Shown here one piece after another: positions 20,201-27,867 of a stretch of 64,000 nt of DNA. The DNA comes from Candidatus Latescibacterota bacterium. GTDB lineage: Bacteria; Krumholzibacteriota; Krumholzibacteriia; WVZY01. The stretch lies in assembly GCA_011772205.1 (NCBI GenBank), contig WVZY01000057.1:6190-70189 (forward strand), read 5' to 3'. The notes beneath the pieces are model-generated. The model searched no databases. It was not told the DNA's origin and saw only the letters and a list, made by a program, of their open reading frames with translations. A program made the position numbers and the translations under genes. The first letter of the stretch is position 1; every line of letters starts with the position of its first letter.

Positions 20201-20829
20201 TCTATGCCGGTTCCCGTATAGCTGCCCGTGTTCATCCGCATGCCGCTGCCGGCAGTGACAACCACCAGGCTGGGGCGCTGGCTTGGGAGCATCCATTCCC
20301 TGCTAAAATATTTGGACTCCGTATCGAATGACGTCGAGATGAACATCAGTCCTTCGTTGGAGTAAGTCCCCTCCACCCATTCACTCACGAGCGGTGTGAT
20401 GTCTACGGCTACTATCCCCGGTGAATTAGGAACAAAAGTCCCGTAGATAGTGGAATTGTCGTAGTCGTTGGCTGTATTGTTCCAGTTCACACCGCTTTCG
20501 GTCCAGCTGTCCGTAACGCGATAGATCGAAACGGGGCTGCCGCTGATATCCGGAGCAGATACATAGAAGAAGGCAACTGCGGTGGTGACAGTTTCACCGG
20601 CGGGAATTGGCGAGAGATCGTAACGGCAGACAACGCGGAAGCTGTCAGCGGGAGTGCTTTTATTGAATAATTCCAGGTCACTTCCGTGGTTTTCGAAAGG
20701 TGCCGCCTGCTTCAACCAGCTGTCCTGATCGAGATAGGCGGTATAAATGCCACCCTCCGCCCTCAATGGCAGCATTGTAAGAGCCGGGAAAATCAGCAGA
20801 AGCGCAATTTTTTTCGAATACATGCTCAC
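11200..20829 (-). CDS. Giant (3209 aa) secreted/surface repeat protein: DNRLRE/CBM96-like, YxGxG repeats, 4x DUF11, Asp-rich Ig-like repeats, FlgD-Ig/T9SS-like CTD
   Basis: Signal peptide; N-domain (YRVTDSWTESGVNWNN, FSRE..RPSLVV); DUF11 signature DL...K.VD...P..GD..TYT....NNGP..ATG.EV.DLLP.G; C-terminal NYPNPF...WDGRND.G..V.NGVYY. Confidence 0.88.
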   Translation of the reverse strand: MSMYSKKIALLLIFPALTMLPLRAEGGIYTAYLDQDSWLKQAAPFENHGSDLELFNKSTPADSFRVVCRYDLSPIPAGETVTTAVAFFYVSAPDISGSPVSIYRVTDSWTESGVNWNNTANDYDNSTIYGTFVPNSPGIVAVDITPLVSEWVEGTYSNEGLMFISTSFDTESKYFSREWMLPSQRPSLVVVTAGSGMRMNTGSYTGTGIDNTPITGIGFKPDLVIIKGDNNESTITRSSSMMGDTSKALGAGTGLVGNRIQSLDPDGFTIGSDFQVNEPGIDFYWIAFKAAPNELAVGSYLGDGSDDRSIPTVGFQPDYVIVMSESPRQAIQRFPTQTGDRSIQFTPAAEEPDLIQAFEPSGFQVGSHPNVNQSSVAFHYAAWKVSPGKIAGNDYTGDGSDDRDITGVGFQPEYMLIKHDGSNYAAFHRPASLVGDFCFLIPGNSALSNSIQAFLPDGFQIGSDVAVNDNGEKFYWVAFRTAPALDLAVAKIVDNPVPSELDTVTYTVTLTNNGPGDATGVEVLDLLPAGVTYVSDTPSQGGYSSVTGRWIVGAISNGGSATLDIVATVNLGTLGTIIVNTATLIAVDQADTNSANNFDTANISVQYEDFQIVTGSYLGDGSNNHPITGLQFWPDLVIIKGDNDEPAVARTSTMVGDVSKELGTNSALLSNLITTFMPNGFRIGSGAQVNAPGVTYYWTAFLAAPGQMVVDSYVGNGTDNRSIGSVGFSPAYVIIMSEDGEDAMQRFASEPLDASLPFQSSDERTNRIQNFEPTGFQIGSHNTVNKTGIAHHCVAWNRIPGRIAENLYLGNGLDNRDITGVGLQPRYMILTRGPNGSPAVHRPSSLPGDNTLPMDPGAAFSDGIQTFLPDGFQIGALNDVNRNGDAYFYVAFRDAATLDLSIAKAVNDSIPNEGDTLAYTITVTNNGPDDATGVEVTDLLPAGVTYLADAPSQGTYASSTGLWTVGALVNSAIATLVINGTVDAGTAGSMITNVAGITASDQPDTNAINNIDTTVITVQGADLEISKIVDNPSPSVGDTLTYTIKLASLGPDTATGIEVSDLLPAGITYQSDTTSQGSYVSATGVWAVGTLASSDSATLLLTATVNPGTGASTITNIATILGADQADPDTTNNIASFDIVVQSSDLEIVKSADVTMPYEGDSLNYTVMLINNGPDTAAVIEVTDLLPQGVTYHSDTTSQGAYVSGTGIWTVGVLAGADTATLIITATVDSGTVDSMITNIASISNVDQEDPNTINNSDSVEVTVIERVILRDSPNSLYPSTANVEDPQLALRIGMDNSTNVGVMLDTASTISFTDGSKVYQARLGNPTYVPPSADDFTIAFLPSPVPTGIVAPATYDLTITFAGTDDYGKAYSDTISTAGRNSIDIDIPRIIIKAVPLSVEDVYPGTSNEAVLALEFHNQYSSSRYLDTLIVTNATIGPGGQFELDAEFDSLFLYHDVDSSRTLSAADTLVSTSFFVSGRTTFAINGGLAIPAGDTSYLFVAVTIDSFLARDGDKLDAILLSPFDVVFTDSTDVLEDFSPLYPVNSYGYLVIDGMVSHQISVTPSSLDTLSSGASDNLLLTAAFPQNGYEADTLTALSVMDVSGDFSPADFSALRLYLDDGDAVFDPGVDLPLGNMVFSGDRFEISGIKIPVGAARKFYVVADISTNANDGDHFRPAIPIEGVGVMSANDGPIDYLIAGDSTHTIKRIEQIEVANQPIPAGWPRPGAADVSILMASINNNTLQSLTLDSLSVSNMSSGAGAPAELDGEIARLKIYSDDGNGNVDAWDQLLADSLLFSGGSLVARNITKTLSAGETIHLLFACDIDSSCARDGDTLKIEIPSASSLHFDASKPIVGFFPLETPEPLVINGMLAHQIKVFPTADSLIVTEITDILVLDFSIPANGYELDTLKSIEIFNQGSANSEHFSRLALYADGGNGTFDTGSGDDSYLGDFVDMGSKTYLMPAMAVPLTMPCGQRTRFFAAADLHTTYSTSASIQFEILTSGIEVASGNDGPIDASVINPSIQLIPKPNELTVFPYSVGDKYVYPGAKNELNFGIGFYNGYSSSFNVETLKLFQTGTVVNSEIEVVHAFADIDSNGLFDPASDSLLAIGHHDNNYYTLDTLGLALSPKRITYLFVSYDAILAVRDSVSFNLQLNSSADITLSSSSIEIQGEFPINSPGVDFTDGMIAAQINTDPVPPYRAALGEDDVLALAFTIPSNGTLTDVLKSVAVQNNGTAVTGQDIIILKLWAEDGGNPLGFSSSDDRFLSILVWNGSAWQNPTGLSEAIPSSGLKCYVTFSVSNVATDESTFQARIPTNSIQVASGNDGPIDAAIVNPFEQTISTDPLLTSLHTDRSSYSMGQSIVLSMRVRNEGATPLSEISPSIISTTGSGVVNYQTGPSASSFDLPAGTDTTVIWTYVAASTGDISFCGNAFTGDSLEISEFSCSNDAQIQNRPHDIFIALNDLSPTSANRGQENVHLFELQCKHDVIDSLSATTLLDKLTLSFEDGAASPLPPNSILKSLSLINPNSGQHTFVLVDSSTNPVTLDVEPSISVLPWDDLVLDAFCQLSDSAAFTSFRIRIDQIDDIRVIDSNDSAAVTLSSQASFPWVTNDIDINAPAETLFVSAAAADTVFANVAQDNVAPLQLELLNGGDLTSASELLTRLTLSFYDTTGATIPPNAVIRKISLSTSGSVIYTTEDIPVTGNQLVCNLGSPLVLQPQSEKYIDILVDLKAFPLTDGFYLSVNDPLAIIARDFNSGQLIKVVPKSGSPGFPLLSSMMLFQTPASGVAVSHLSTLPPTLLPSMQSIPVMDIALTHSDTSSASSVELDSIAVIFSELGGTPLFPGGYFSNLRLLHNGDTLSTNSSLSSSFAIAELTLNPPLTVAPAASETLQIVLDTKSSYTPAVFEMRINKDQLVLFDSNDRSRIYEISGSFPLVTNPGALRLPSSLALCGLESKLPSNISTVQPGIPAFDLLIQNGNPEGSTDIEFRSLTVRIENIKGRILDPSQLLSGAYLSSKDSVIATGQITNSEISITIPAGLIVVTAGTTDTLFFDVDVSTQSAGENIRFVIEDSASVAVEDATTSGVMSVGTIGGTGYPLKSGTAHILGADNKEGFTNYPNPFAAGREETRITYYLDNQSYVTLELYTLWGAPVKTLLSNKLSNPGLHQDVVWDGRNDEGDVVNNGVYYLVLEIRAVGGQQSTLKRKVGVLR
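17030..19385 (-). repeat. Four DUF11-type Ig repeats (one at ~19020-19380, three tandem at ~17040-18140)
   Basis: Repeated NNGP-D-A..EV.DLLP.G.TY..D..SQG.Y...TG.W.VG motif in the translation. Confidence 0.85.
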
Positions 20830-20977
20830 TACTCAAGCGCACTGCCGCAAAGGCAGGAAAAAATTTCCCACTTCTCACCGTTGGCTTTTCGGGGAGCCCG
20901 ATCCCCTCCGACAGCGTCTTGCAATTTGCAATGGTTGATGATTTCCGATCGCTCCGTCTCGTAACTCAAAATGTGTC

Positions 20978-20993
20978 AGCAAGGTGCATGCCA
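20978..20993 (-). promoter_or_regulatory. Sigma54 (-24/-12) promoter of the giant-protein operon
   Basis: Minus strand TGGCATGCACCTTGCT; GG and GC have the canonical spacing; ~150 nt upstream of ATG 20829. Confidence 0.72.
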
Positions 20994-21143
20994 TCCCGGG
21001 TGGGCGTGGGAGATCGTTCCTGGGGAGTGAGAAGGCTGTCAGAATTGCACTTGGGTGGCTGATTTTACAAGCAGCTTGCGAACGCTTTGCCGTTCTGTTC
21101 GGACCTTGCACATGGCATTCCGTTTGTTTGCCAAACTGCGGAT

Positions 21144-21183
21144 AAAAAACCGGCTATCGATGCTGCCATGATTCGATAGCCGG
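21144..21183 (-). terminator. Intrinsic terminator after aconitase
   Basis: 11-bp stem CCGGCTATCGA/TCGATAGCCGG followed by a T6 tract on the minus strand. Confidence 0.75.
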
Positions 21184-21239
21184 GCTCGAATGATCGAGGG
21201 CGCGAACAGGGGCTGATCGACTTCGGTTGTGCAGCCGTG

Positions 21240-23180
21240 TTACGACACGCCTGCTTTCGTATAATTCAGTAGTCCGCCGGCTTTGATGATATCAATCTGC
21301 CGTTCGCTGAGGTTATGCCTGCAGATGATATCGAGGCCTTTCGTTTCGTTTCGGACCGCCACGGGCTTATCCACAGCCAGGCGTTCATGCAGGCCCTCGA
21401 TTTTGAGAACGTCACCTTGGGCAATGCCGTCGTACTGAGTTGGATCGTCGAACACCAGCGGTACGATTCCAAAGTTGATGAGATTTGCCCGGTGAATTCT
21501 CGCAAACGATCTGGCAATGACGCCTCTGAGGCCGAGGTACATTGGGACGAGTGCAGCGTGCTCGCGGCTCGACCCTTGGCCATAGTTGTCGCCGCCCACG
21601 ATAAAACCGCCGCCCTTCTCCTTTGCCCGGGAGGGAAACTCAGGATCCACACCGGCATACACATACTCGGACATGGCGGGAATGTTCGATCGAAGCGGCA
21701 ATATCTTCGCGCCGGCCGGCATGATGTGGTCGGTGGTGATGTTGTCTTCGACTTTGAGAAGCACTTCGCCCGACAGATCTCCGGGGAGCGGCTTTTGGAC
21801 CGGTACCGGCTTGATGTTCGGTCCTCGGATGATCTGTATCTTTTCTGCTTCATCCGCAGCGGGAGGTGCAATGATCATCCTGTCATCGATCAGGAACTCT
21901 TCGGGGAGCTCGACGCGCTCATAATCGCCCAGTTCTCTGGGATCTGTGATCTCCCCGGTAATGGCGCTGGCCGCGCACACCTCCGGGCTGGCGAGGTACA
22001 CCTGACCGCTTGCGGTGCCGCTCCGGCCTTTGAAATTTCTGTTGAAGCTGCGGATCGATGCTCCTTCAGTAGGAGGCGCCTGGCCCATCCCGATGCACGG
22101 TCCGCAGGCCGATTCGAGAATCCGCGCACCGGCACTGATAAGATCGGCAAGGGCGCCGTTTCTCGAAGTCATCTCGAACACCTGGCGGGAACCCGGGGAA
22201 ATCGCCAGGCTCACGCGTGGGTGGACCGTTTTCTCTCTGAGAATGTTCGCCACGGCCATGAGATCGCTGAATGAGGAGTTCGTGCAGCTTCCAATGGCCA
22301 CCTGCACGACGGGAGTTCCTTTGAGTTCTGCTGCGGTACACACGTTGTCCGGGCTGTGTGGTTTTGCGATGAGGGGTACCATGTCATCCAGATTGATCTC
22401 CTCCACGTCATCGTATGCAGCATTCTCATCCGGTCCCATTTCGCGATAGGCGCTTTCTCTCCCTTGTGCTTTCAAGTAAGAGTGGGTGACGTCGTCTGAG
22501 GGAAAAATCGACGTGGTGGCGCCGAGTTCTGCCCCCATGTTGGTGATCGTCGACCTGGCGGGCACATTCAAACTCTTTATCCCGGGTCCGGTGTACTCGA
22601 CGATCTTGCCGACGCCGCCTTTTACAGTGCGTCTCCGGAGCACCTCGAGAATGATATCCTTCGCCGTCACCCATGGCGGGAGTGTGCCGGTCAAACGAAC
22701 GTTCAATATTTGCGGCATCGTCGTGACGAAAGGTCCTCCACCCATTGCAACGGCCACATCCAAGCCTCCGGCTCCGATGGCGATCATTCCCAGGCCGCCG
22801 CCTGTGGGTGTATGGCTGTCCGAGCCCAGAAGGGTCTTGCCGGGCGCGCCAAATCTTTCCAGATGCACCTGGTGGCAGATGCCGTTTCCGGGTCTTGAAA
22901 AATAGATCCCGTATTTTGCGGCGATGCTCTGGAGAAATTGGTGATCGTCTGCGTTCTCGAAACCGGTTTGGAGGGTGTTGTGATCGACGTAGCTCACTGA
23001 GAGTTCCGTCTTCACGCGGGGAATCCCCATTGCTTCGAACTGCAGATACGCCATCGTTCCTGTGGCATCCTGCGTGAGCGTTTGATCGATTCGGATCGAA
23101 ATCTCTTCGCCGGGCTCCAATTTTCCGGAAACAAGATGTTCCGACAATATCTTTCTAGCCAAATTGGTACCCATTCTCAT
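21240..23180 (-). CDS. Aconitate hydratase (short, Aquifex-type)
   Basis: TQDATGT, YVDHN, GICHQVH, GSDSHT, IGSCTNS, CGPCIGMG, RSFNRNF, ITTDHI, YGQGSSREHAA, SFARIH. Confidence 0.93.
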   Translation of the reverse strand: MRMGTNLARKILSEHLVSGKLEPGEEISIRIDQTLTQDATGTMAYLQFEAMGIPRVKTELSVSYVDHNTLQTGFENADDHQFLQSIAAKYGIYFSRPGNGICHQVHLERFGAPGKTLLGSDSHTPTGGGLGMIAIGAGGLDVAVAMGGGPFVTTMPQILNVRLTGTLPPWVTAKDIILEVLRRRTVKGGVGKIVEYTGPGIKSLNVPARSTITNMGAELGATTSIFPSDDVTHSYLKAQGRESAYREMGPDENAAYDDVEEINLDDMVPLIAKPHSPDNVCTAAELKGTPVVQVAIGSCTNSSFSDLMAVANILREKTVHPRVSLAISPGSRQVFEMTSRNGALADLISAGARILESACGPCIGMGQAPPTEGASIRSFNRNFKGRSGTASGQVYLASPEVCAASAITGEITDPRELGDYERVELPEEFLIDDRMIIAPPAADEAEKIQIIRGPNIKPVPVQKPLPGDLSGEVLLKVEDNITTDHIMPAGAKILPLRSNIPAMSEYVYAGVDPEFPSRAKEKGGGFIVGGDNYGQGSSREHAALVPMYLGLRGVIARSFARIHRANLINFGIVPLVFDDPTQYDGIAQGDVLKIEGLHERLAVDKPVAVRNETKGLDIICRHNLSERQIDIIKAGGLLNYTKAGVS

Positions 23181-23351
23181 TCCTCCTCAACTGTGCGTTT
23201 CCGCTTGGGTGTGTTGTGCATTCTTGTGGTTATGCGGCAAGCTTACATTGGGCAGCGAGAATCCCGGCCACGTTGTCGCTCTTCACTACTGGAGTTCCAC
23301 TGCCGGAAAGCTCTCTCTGATTTTCGGACTGAGCGGCGCTTGACGAGGCAG

Positions 23352-23978
23352 TTATCCCTTGGAGATTTTTCGGATGAGATCGTTGAATATCTCCGATGAG
23401 GCCTTTGCGATCGTCTTGTGAAGGCTGTTTCCATGGCTGTCCATGGTGACCACGGCGTCGAAGTCCTTCACCCGGATGACCCAGAACGCTTCGGGAACTC
23501 CAAACTCCTCCTTCATATAGACGTCGATCACATCGACGACCGAATTGGCAAGGAGACTCGCAGCACCTCCGACGGCGTGCAGGTAAACGGATTTGAATTT
23601 CTTGCACGCCTCCAGCGTCTGATCTCCCATTCCCCCTTTTCCGATAATCCCGCGGACGCCGAATTTCTCGATGACGTGCGATTCGTATGGTTCTTCTCTG
23701 CTACTCGTCGTGGGGCCTGCTGCGACAAAACGATATTTCCCGTTTTCCTCGGCAACGACAGGGCCGCAGTGGTAGATCATCCCGTCTTTGAGCACGGAGG
23801 AGAGCTTGTCGTAGAGGTCTTTCTCTTCGGGGGCGGGGGACCGTTCGATGAAGTGTTCGATGAGAAATTTATGCGCTGCATCGCGCGCCGTCACCATGAC
23901 CCCCGAAATCTTCACGACATCCCCCGTTTTCAGTTCCGAAATCTTTTCAGCGCTTACCGGTAATTCCAATCTAGTCAA
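23352..23978 (-). CDS. Class I fumarate hydratase, beta (C-terminal) subunit
   Basis: TARDAAH, IYHCGPVV, AAGPTTSSR, IIGKGG, GGAA, MDSHGNSLH. Confidence 0.9.
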   Translation of the reverse strand: MTRLELPVSAEKISELKTGDVVKISGVMVTARDAAHKFLIEHFIERSPAPEEKDLYDKLSSVLKDGMIYHCGPVVAEENGKYRFVAAGPTTSSREEPYESHVIEKFGVRGIIGKGGMGDQTLEACKKFKSVYLHAVGGAASLLANSVVDVIDVYMKEEFGVPEAFWVIRVKDFDAVVTMDSHGNSLHKTIAKASSEIFNDLIRKISKG

Positions 23979-24849
23979 TTCTCATCTCCCCGTTCTTGAT
24001 CCACATGTCCCTGCGGCGACACGCCCAGCACATGTAGGATACCGAAACAAAAAAGCAAGCGGGAAGCCTGTGGAGATAGCTACCCTTGACACCCAGTACC
24101 GTTGTTTTACCGCCGAATCCCATCGGGCCGATGGAAAGCGTATTGGCTTTTTCATAAAGACGCTCTTCGAGAGCCCTCAGTTCGGGGACCTCATTCGCCT
24201 CATCGAGTTTTTTGAAGTGCTGCTTCTTGGCTTCCGAAAGCGAGCTTGCGCGATCGCCCCCAACGCAGAATCCGATGAAACCGGGGCCACATCCGAGACC
24301 TTGGGCGTTGTTGATAGCATCCAATACAACGATCTCAATCCCTCTGAGGTCCCTGCCCGCTTTCAAGCGGCGGTCGGGTAGGGCATATTGCGTTCCGCAG
24401 TTTTCGCATCCCCCACCCTTCAGCATGAGGCGGATCCAGACATCGTCCCGGTTCCATTCTTCGAAGTGTATCCATGGCTGGGCTCTTCCGACGCCGTTGC
24501 CGCTGTTTTTGTTGGTCAATGAATCGACCGCGTTAGGCCTGAGGTAGCTTCGTTTCGTCGCTTCTTTGCAGGCCTCAACGATGTCCTCGCTCATCTCGCG
24601 AGTGGAAGGACCGGCAGGATGATAGACGTAGAATACATTGGTGCCGGTATCCTGGCACAAGGGCGTGGACTGTTCTCTCGAAATCCGAATATTCTCCTTG
24701 ATAACGTTCAGGACGTTATCGGCAGGGGATCCCGGATCTTCGGCCCCTTTCGCCACGTCGATAGCATTTTCCACGTCCACCGGGAGGTCCACAGATGTGC
24801 GGCGAATGAATTCCACAACCCATTCACAAAATTCAGGGTACGTTTTCAT
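23971..24849 (-). CDS. Class I fumarate hydratase, alpha (N-terminal) subunit
   Basis: PLCQDTG, YLRPNAV, KGGGCEN, GCGP, GPMGFGGKTT, CWACRR. Confidence 0.9.
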   Translation of the reverse strand: MKTYPEFCEWVVEFIRRTSVDLPVDVENAIDVAKGAEDPGSPADNVLNVIKENIRISREQSTPLCQDTGTNVFYVYHPAGPSTREMSEDIVEACKEATKRSYLRPNAVDSLTNKNSGNGVGRAQPWIHFEEWNRDDVWIRLMLKGGGCENCGTQYALPDRRLKAGRDLRGIEIVVLDAINNAQGLGCGPGFIGFCVGGDRASSLSEAKKQHFKKLDEANEVPELRALEERLYEKANTLSIGPMGFGGKTTVLGVKGSYLHRLPACFFVSVSYMCWACRRRDMWIKNGEMRID

Positions 24850-24929
24850 AATGGTTTGATCCTCACATCACTAGCAGTTGGAACTGCAGCAGAAAAAACT
24901 CATTGCAGGATTTGTTCAAGATGCCTCCC

Positions 24930-24958
24930 ATCCTACCATCGAGCTTCGCGCATGTCAA
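24930..24958 (-). promoter_or_regulatory. Sigma70-type promoter of the fumarase/aconitase genes
   Basis: Minus strand TTGACA-17 nt-TAGGAT. Confidence 0.6.
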
Positions 24959-25151
24959 GAACGGTGGCAGCCTTCATGATCGTGGCCTGTGTTGCGGACA
25001 ACCGCCGGGGTGAGGTGGCTCATACCATCCAAATCCATGAGCTAGTTCACGTATCTGCTAGAGGTACAACCACTAGAATATCGATGAAAATAAAGATAGT
25101 TCTCGCTATACTGGCTTTGATATTTGGTCCGAGTTACAGCGGGAGGATCCA

Positions 25152-25628
25152 ATGCAGAGCACGATCCGGTTCGCAGTAGACGGCATGCTGGGCAGGCTCG
25201 CGAAGTATCTGCGCGCACTTGGATACGACACCGTCCATCGTCGAACGCCGAGTGCAGAATTTCTGAGAGAAGCAAGGAGAGAAGGGAGGGTATTCATCAC
25301 TCTCCGGAAAAACATACGGGAAAAGCATGGCTGCAAGGTATTCGATCCGGGTGAGGCACCCGTGGAGGCGCAGCTCTACAGAGTCGTACACGGTCTGAAT
25401 CTCGAACCGAGCAGGGATCAAATACTCACGATCTGCCTCGGCTGCAATGAGCCAACACTTGAAGTTTCCGTCGAGGAGGTCGCTGCCAAGGTGCCGGAGA
25501 GGGTGAGAGAAAAGATCTCGGATTATCGGATCTGTCCGAAGTGCGGCAAAATCTTCTGGTGGGGGAGCCATGCGGATCGTATGATGAATGTAATCGAAAA
25601 AAGCGGTGTGTTCGAATCCGCCGAGTGA
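25152..25628 (+). CDS. Mut7-C (PIN-like) RNase domain protein with zinc ribbon
   Basis: FAVDGMLGRLAKYLRALGYD, CLGCN, CPKCGKIFWWGSH; GGGAGG SD. Confidence 0.88.
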   Translation: MQSTIRFAVDGMLGRLAKYLRALGYDTVHRRTPSAEFLREARREGRVFITLRKNIREKHGCKVFDPGEAPVEAQLYRVVHGLNLEPSRDQILTICLGCNEPTLEVSVEEVAAKVPERVREKISDYRICPKCGKIFWWGSHADRMMNVIEKSGVFESAE

Positions 25629-25651
25629 TTTTTATCGAGGAGAGAAGGTTG

Positions 25652-27856
25652 ATGAATATCTTCCGTGCCAATAGATGGTTGATGATCGGAGGTAGAGCGG
25701 GGGTGCTCCTGTGGCTTTTCTGGTTTCTGGGTGCGGTCTTGCCGGTTGAATCCGCAGGTGCCGAAGGAGCTATCGACATCCTGCGGCATGACTTGAGCCT
25801 GACGATCCGACCATCATCCCATGTGGCCGAAGCTGTCGACCGGTTGACCGTCGAGATCCCCCACCCCGGACGGTATGTGCTTCGGCTTGGCGCAGACTTC
25901 GTAATCCAGAAGCTCTTTCTGGATGGGAAAAAGATATCTTTCGAGGAAATCGACGAAGCCGCACTGCTCGCTCACTACCAGGCTGCCGGCATCGATGAGG
26001 AGGATGCAAAGCGCGCAATAGGTGTGAGCTTCCACATCGGAGGTGATCCGAAGCATGTTGTCGAAGTGCGCTACCGCGGGATCGTCTACGATACGCTCAA
26101 AGTTCCCGAATATTCTCGGGGTACGCTGGCGGAGGAAACGACCGGAATCATCGGCGAAGAGGGCGTTTTTCTGAGCCCAGAGACCCGCTGGTATCCGGAT
26201 AATCCGGGCGATTACGCGTTCTTTTCGATCAAAGTGTCGAGCCCGCCTGGATTCGAATCTGTTACAGAGGGAAGACTGGTTGCAAGGAGCGTGAGCGAAG
26301 CATCCATCGATACCGAGTGGGATGTGAGCTACCCGACCAAAGGAGTTTATCTCGTAGCGGGCAATTACATCATAAAAGAGTTCGAAGCCGAAGGTGTCAA
26401 GATCATGGGGTACTTTTTCCCCTCCGAGGAGAACCTCATCGATCAATACCTCGAAGCTTCCGCTCGGTATATCACCCTGTACAACAGGATTATCGGGCCC
26501 TATCCGTTTTCCAAGTTTGCAGTGGTAGAAAACTTCTTCCCCACGGGCTATGGGATGCCATCCTATACGTTACTGGGCAGGAGGGTCATTCGTCTTCCGT
26601 TCATTGTTCGGACATCGCTGGGCCACGAAGTCGCACACAACTGGTGGGGAAATTGTGTATATGTAGACTACGACAAAGGCAACTGGTGCGAGGGGCTCAC
26701 AGTGTATTTCGCCGATTATCGTTATAAAGAGGCGATCAGCGATTCGGCGGCCGTTTCCTACCGGAGTTCGCAGAACATCGACTACACATCCTATGTGAGC
26801 GAGGAAAACGATTTTCCTCTCTCGGTCTTTCACGAAAGAACGACACCGGCTTCCCGGGCGATCGGGTACGGCAAATCGGCGATGGTCTTCCACATGTTGA
26901 AGCGGCTGGTTGGTGAAGAGACATACTATCGGGCGCTCCGTACTTTTTATCAGGATTTTAGATTCCAAGAGGCCTCCTGGGATGATATTCAAAGAACCTT
27001 CGAGCGTGTTTCCGGCCGCGACCTTGCGTCTTTTTTCGATCAGTGGGTCCGGCGCAAAGGGGCGCCTACCGTATCGATCGGCACTGCCAATCTGGAAGAA
27101 ATGCCCGATTGGCACTTTCGCATCCACCTGGTACTCGAGCAAGATCCTGTATATGAACTCCTTGTTCCTGTGGCGATCATTGGAGAGGATACGACTTTTC
27201 AAACAGATGTGACGTTATCATCCATGATTGATTCCTTCACCTTCGATGTCGATTTCAGACCCACGGCCATCGCCGCAGATCCCTCGCACGATGTGTTCAG
27301 GAGACTCGAACCACTGGAGATCCCTCCGACGATCAGCTGGGCGCTGGGCGATAAAGAGGCAGTGATCGCGCTGCCTTCGCAAGCTGGCGAGGAGAAACGT
27401 GCCGCGTTCGAAGCTCTGGCGGACCAACTCGGCAGAACTGGAGAAGGGCGCGTGGTGCAGGATATCGAGGTGTCGGAAGCAGATGTTCGAGCCGGCGCCG
27501 TGATCGTTCTCGGTAATCCTGAAGAGAATGCTGTCCATTCATTATTCGAGGTCCCTCCGGACATTGCCCTCGCCCCGGATCACTTTTCCGTTGGGGGCGT
27601 GGAATACGCAGGGCCGGGGCACAGCGCATTTGTCACGTTCAGGAATCCATTTAACGTTGCCTCCTGCGTCTGCGTGGTGATAGGCAACAGCGCGGAGAGC
27701 ATCAAGAAGTCGGGTTATAAGATCATCCATTACGGGAAATACAGCTATGTTACTTTCCTCGACGGAAATCGGCAACAAGCCGGGGTATTTCCCATTGAAA
27801 AAAATCCACTGCTCTACTCCTTCAGTTCGCCGCATAAGGCGTCGAGATCTCATTAG
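25652..27856 (+). CDS. Secreted M1-family zinc aminopeptidase
   Basis: Signal peptide; GYGMP (GAMEN variant); HEVAHNWWGN with downstream EG; YGKSAMVFHML. Start moved to ATG 25652, after the SD GAGGAG. Confidence 0.88.
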   Translation: MNIFRANRWLMIGGRAGVLLWLFWFLGAVLPVESAGAEGAIDILRHDLSLTIRPSSHVAEAVDRLTVEIPHPGRYVLRLGADFVIQKLFLDGKKISFEEIDEAALLAHYQAAGIDEEDAKRAIGVSFHIGGDPKHVVEVRYRGIVYDTLKVPEYSRGTLAEETTGIIGEEGVFLSPETRWYPDNPGDYAFFSIKVSSPPGFESVTEGRLVARSVSEASIDTEWDVSYPTKGVYLVAGNYIIKEFEAEGVKIMGYFFPSEENLIDQYLEASARYITLYNRIIGPYPFSKFAVVENFFPTGYGMPSYTLLGRRVIRLPFIVRTSLGHEVAHNWWGNCVYVDYDKGNWCEGLTVYFADYRYKEAISDSAAVSYRSSQNIDYTSYVSEENDFPLSVFHERTTPASRAIGYGKSAMVFHMLKRLVGEETYYRALRTFYQDFRFQEASWDDIQRTFERVSGRDLASFFDQWVRRKGAPTVSIGTANLEEMPDWHFRIHLVLEQDPVYELLVPVAIIGEDTTFQTDVTLSSMIDSFTFDVDFRPTAIAADPSHDVFRRLEPLEIPPTISWALGDKEAVIALPSQAGEEKRAAFEALADQLGRTGEGRVVQDIEVSEADVRAGAVIVLGNPEENAVHSLFEVPPDIALAPDHFSVGGVEYAGPGHSAFVTFRNPFNVASCVCVVIGNSAESIKKSGYKIIHYGKYSYVTFLDGNRQQAGVFPIEKNPLLYSFSSPHKASRSH

Positions 27857-27867
27857 GAGATTCGCAA

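Noticed and set aside
21113-21128. Sigma54-like TGGCATTCCGTTTGTT
   Set aside because: Lacks the -12 GC and points to no gene
21266-22274. 319-aa and 201-aa alternative ORFs within aconitase
   Set aside because: Shadow or out-of-frame ORFs of a well-supported gene
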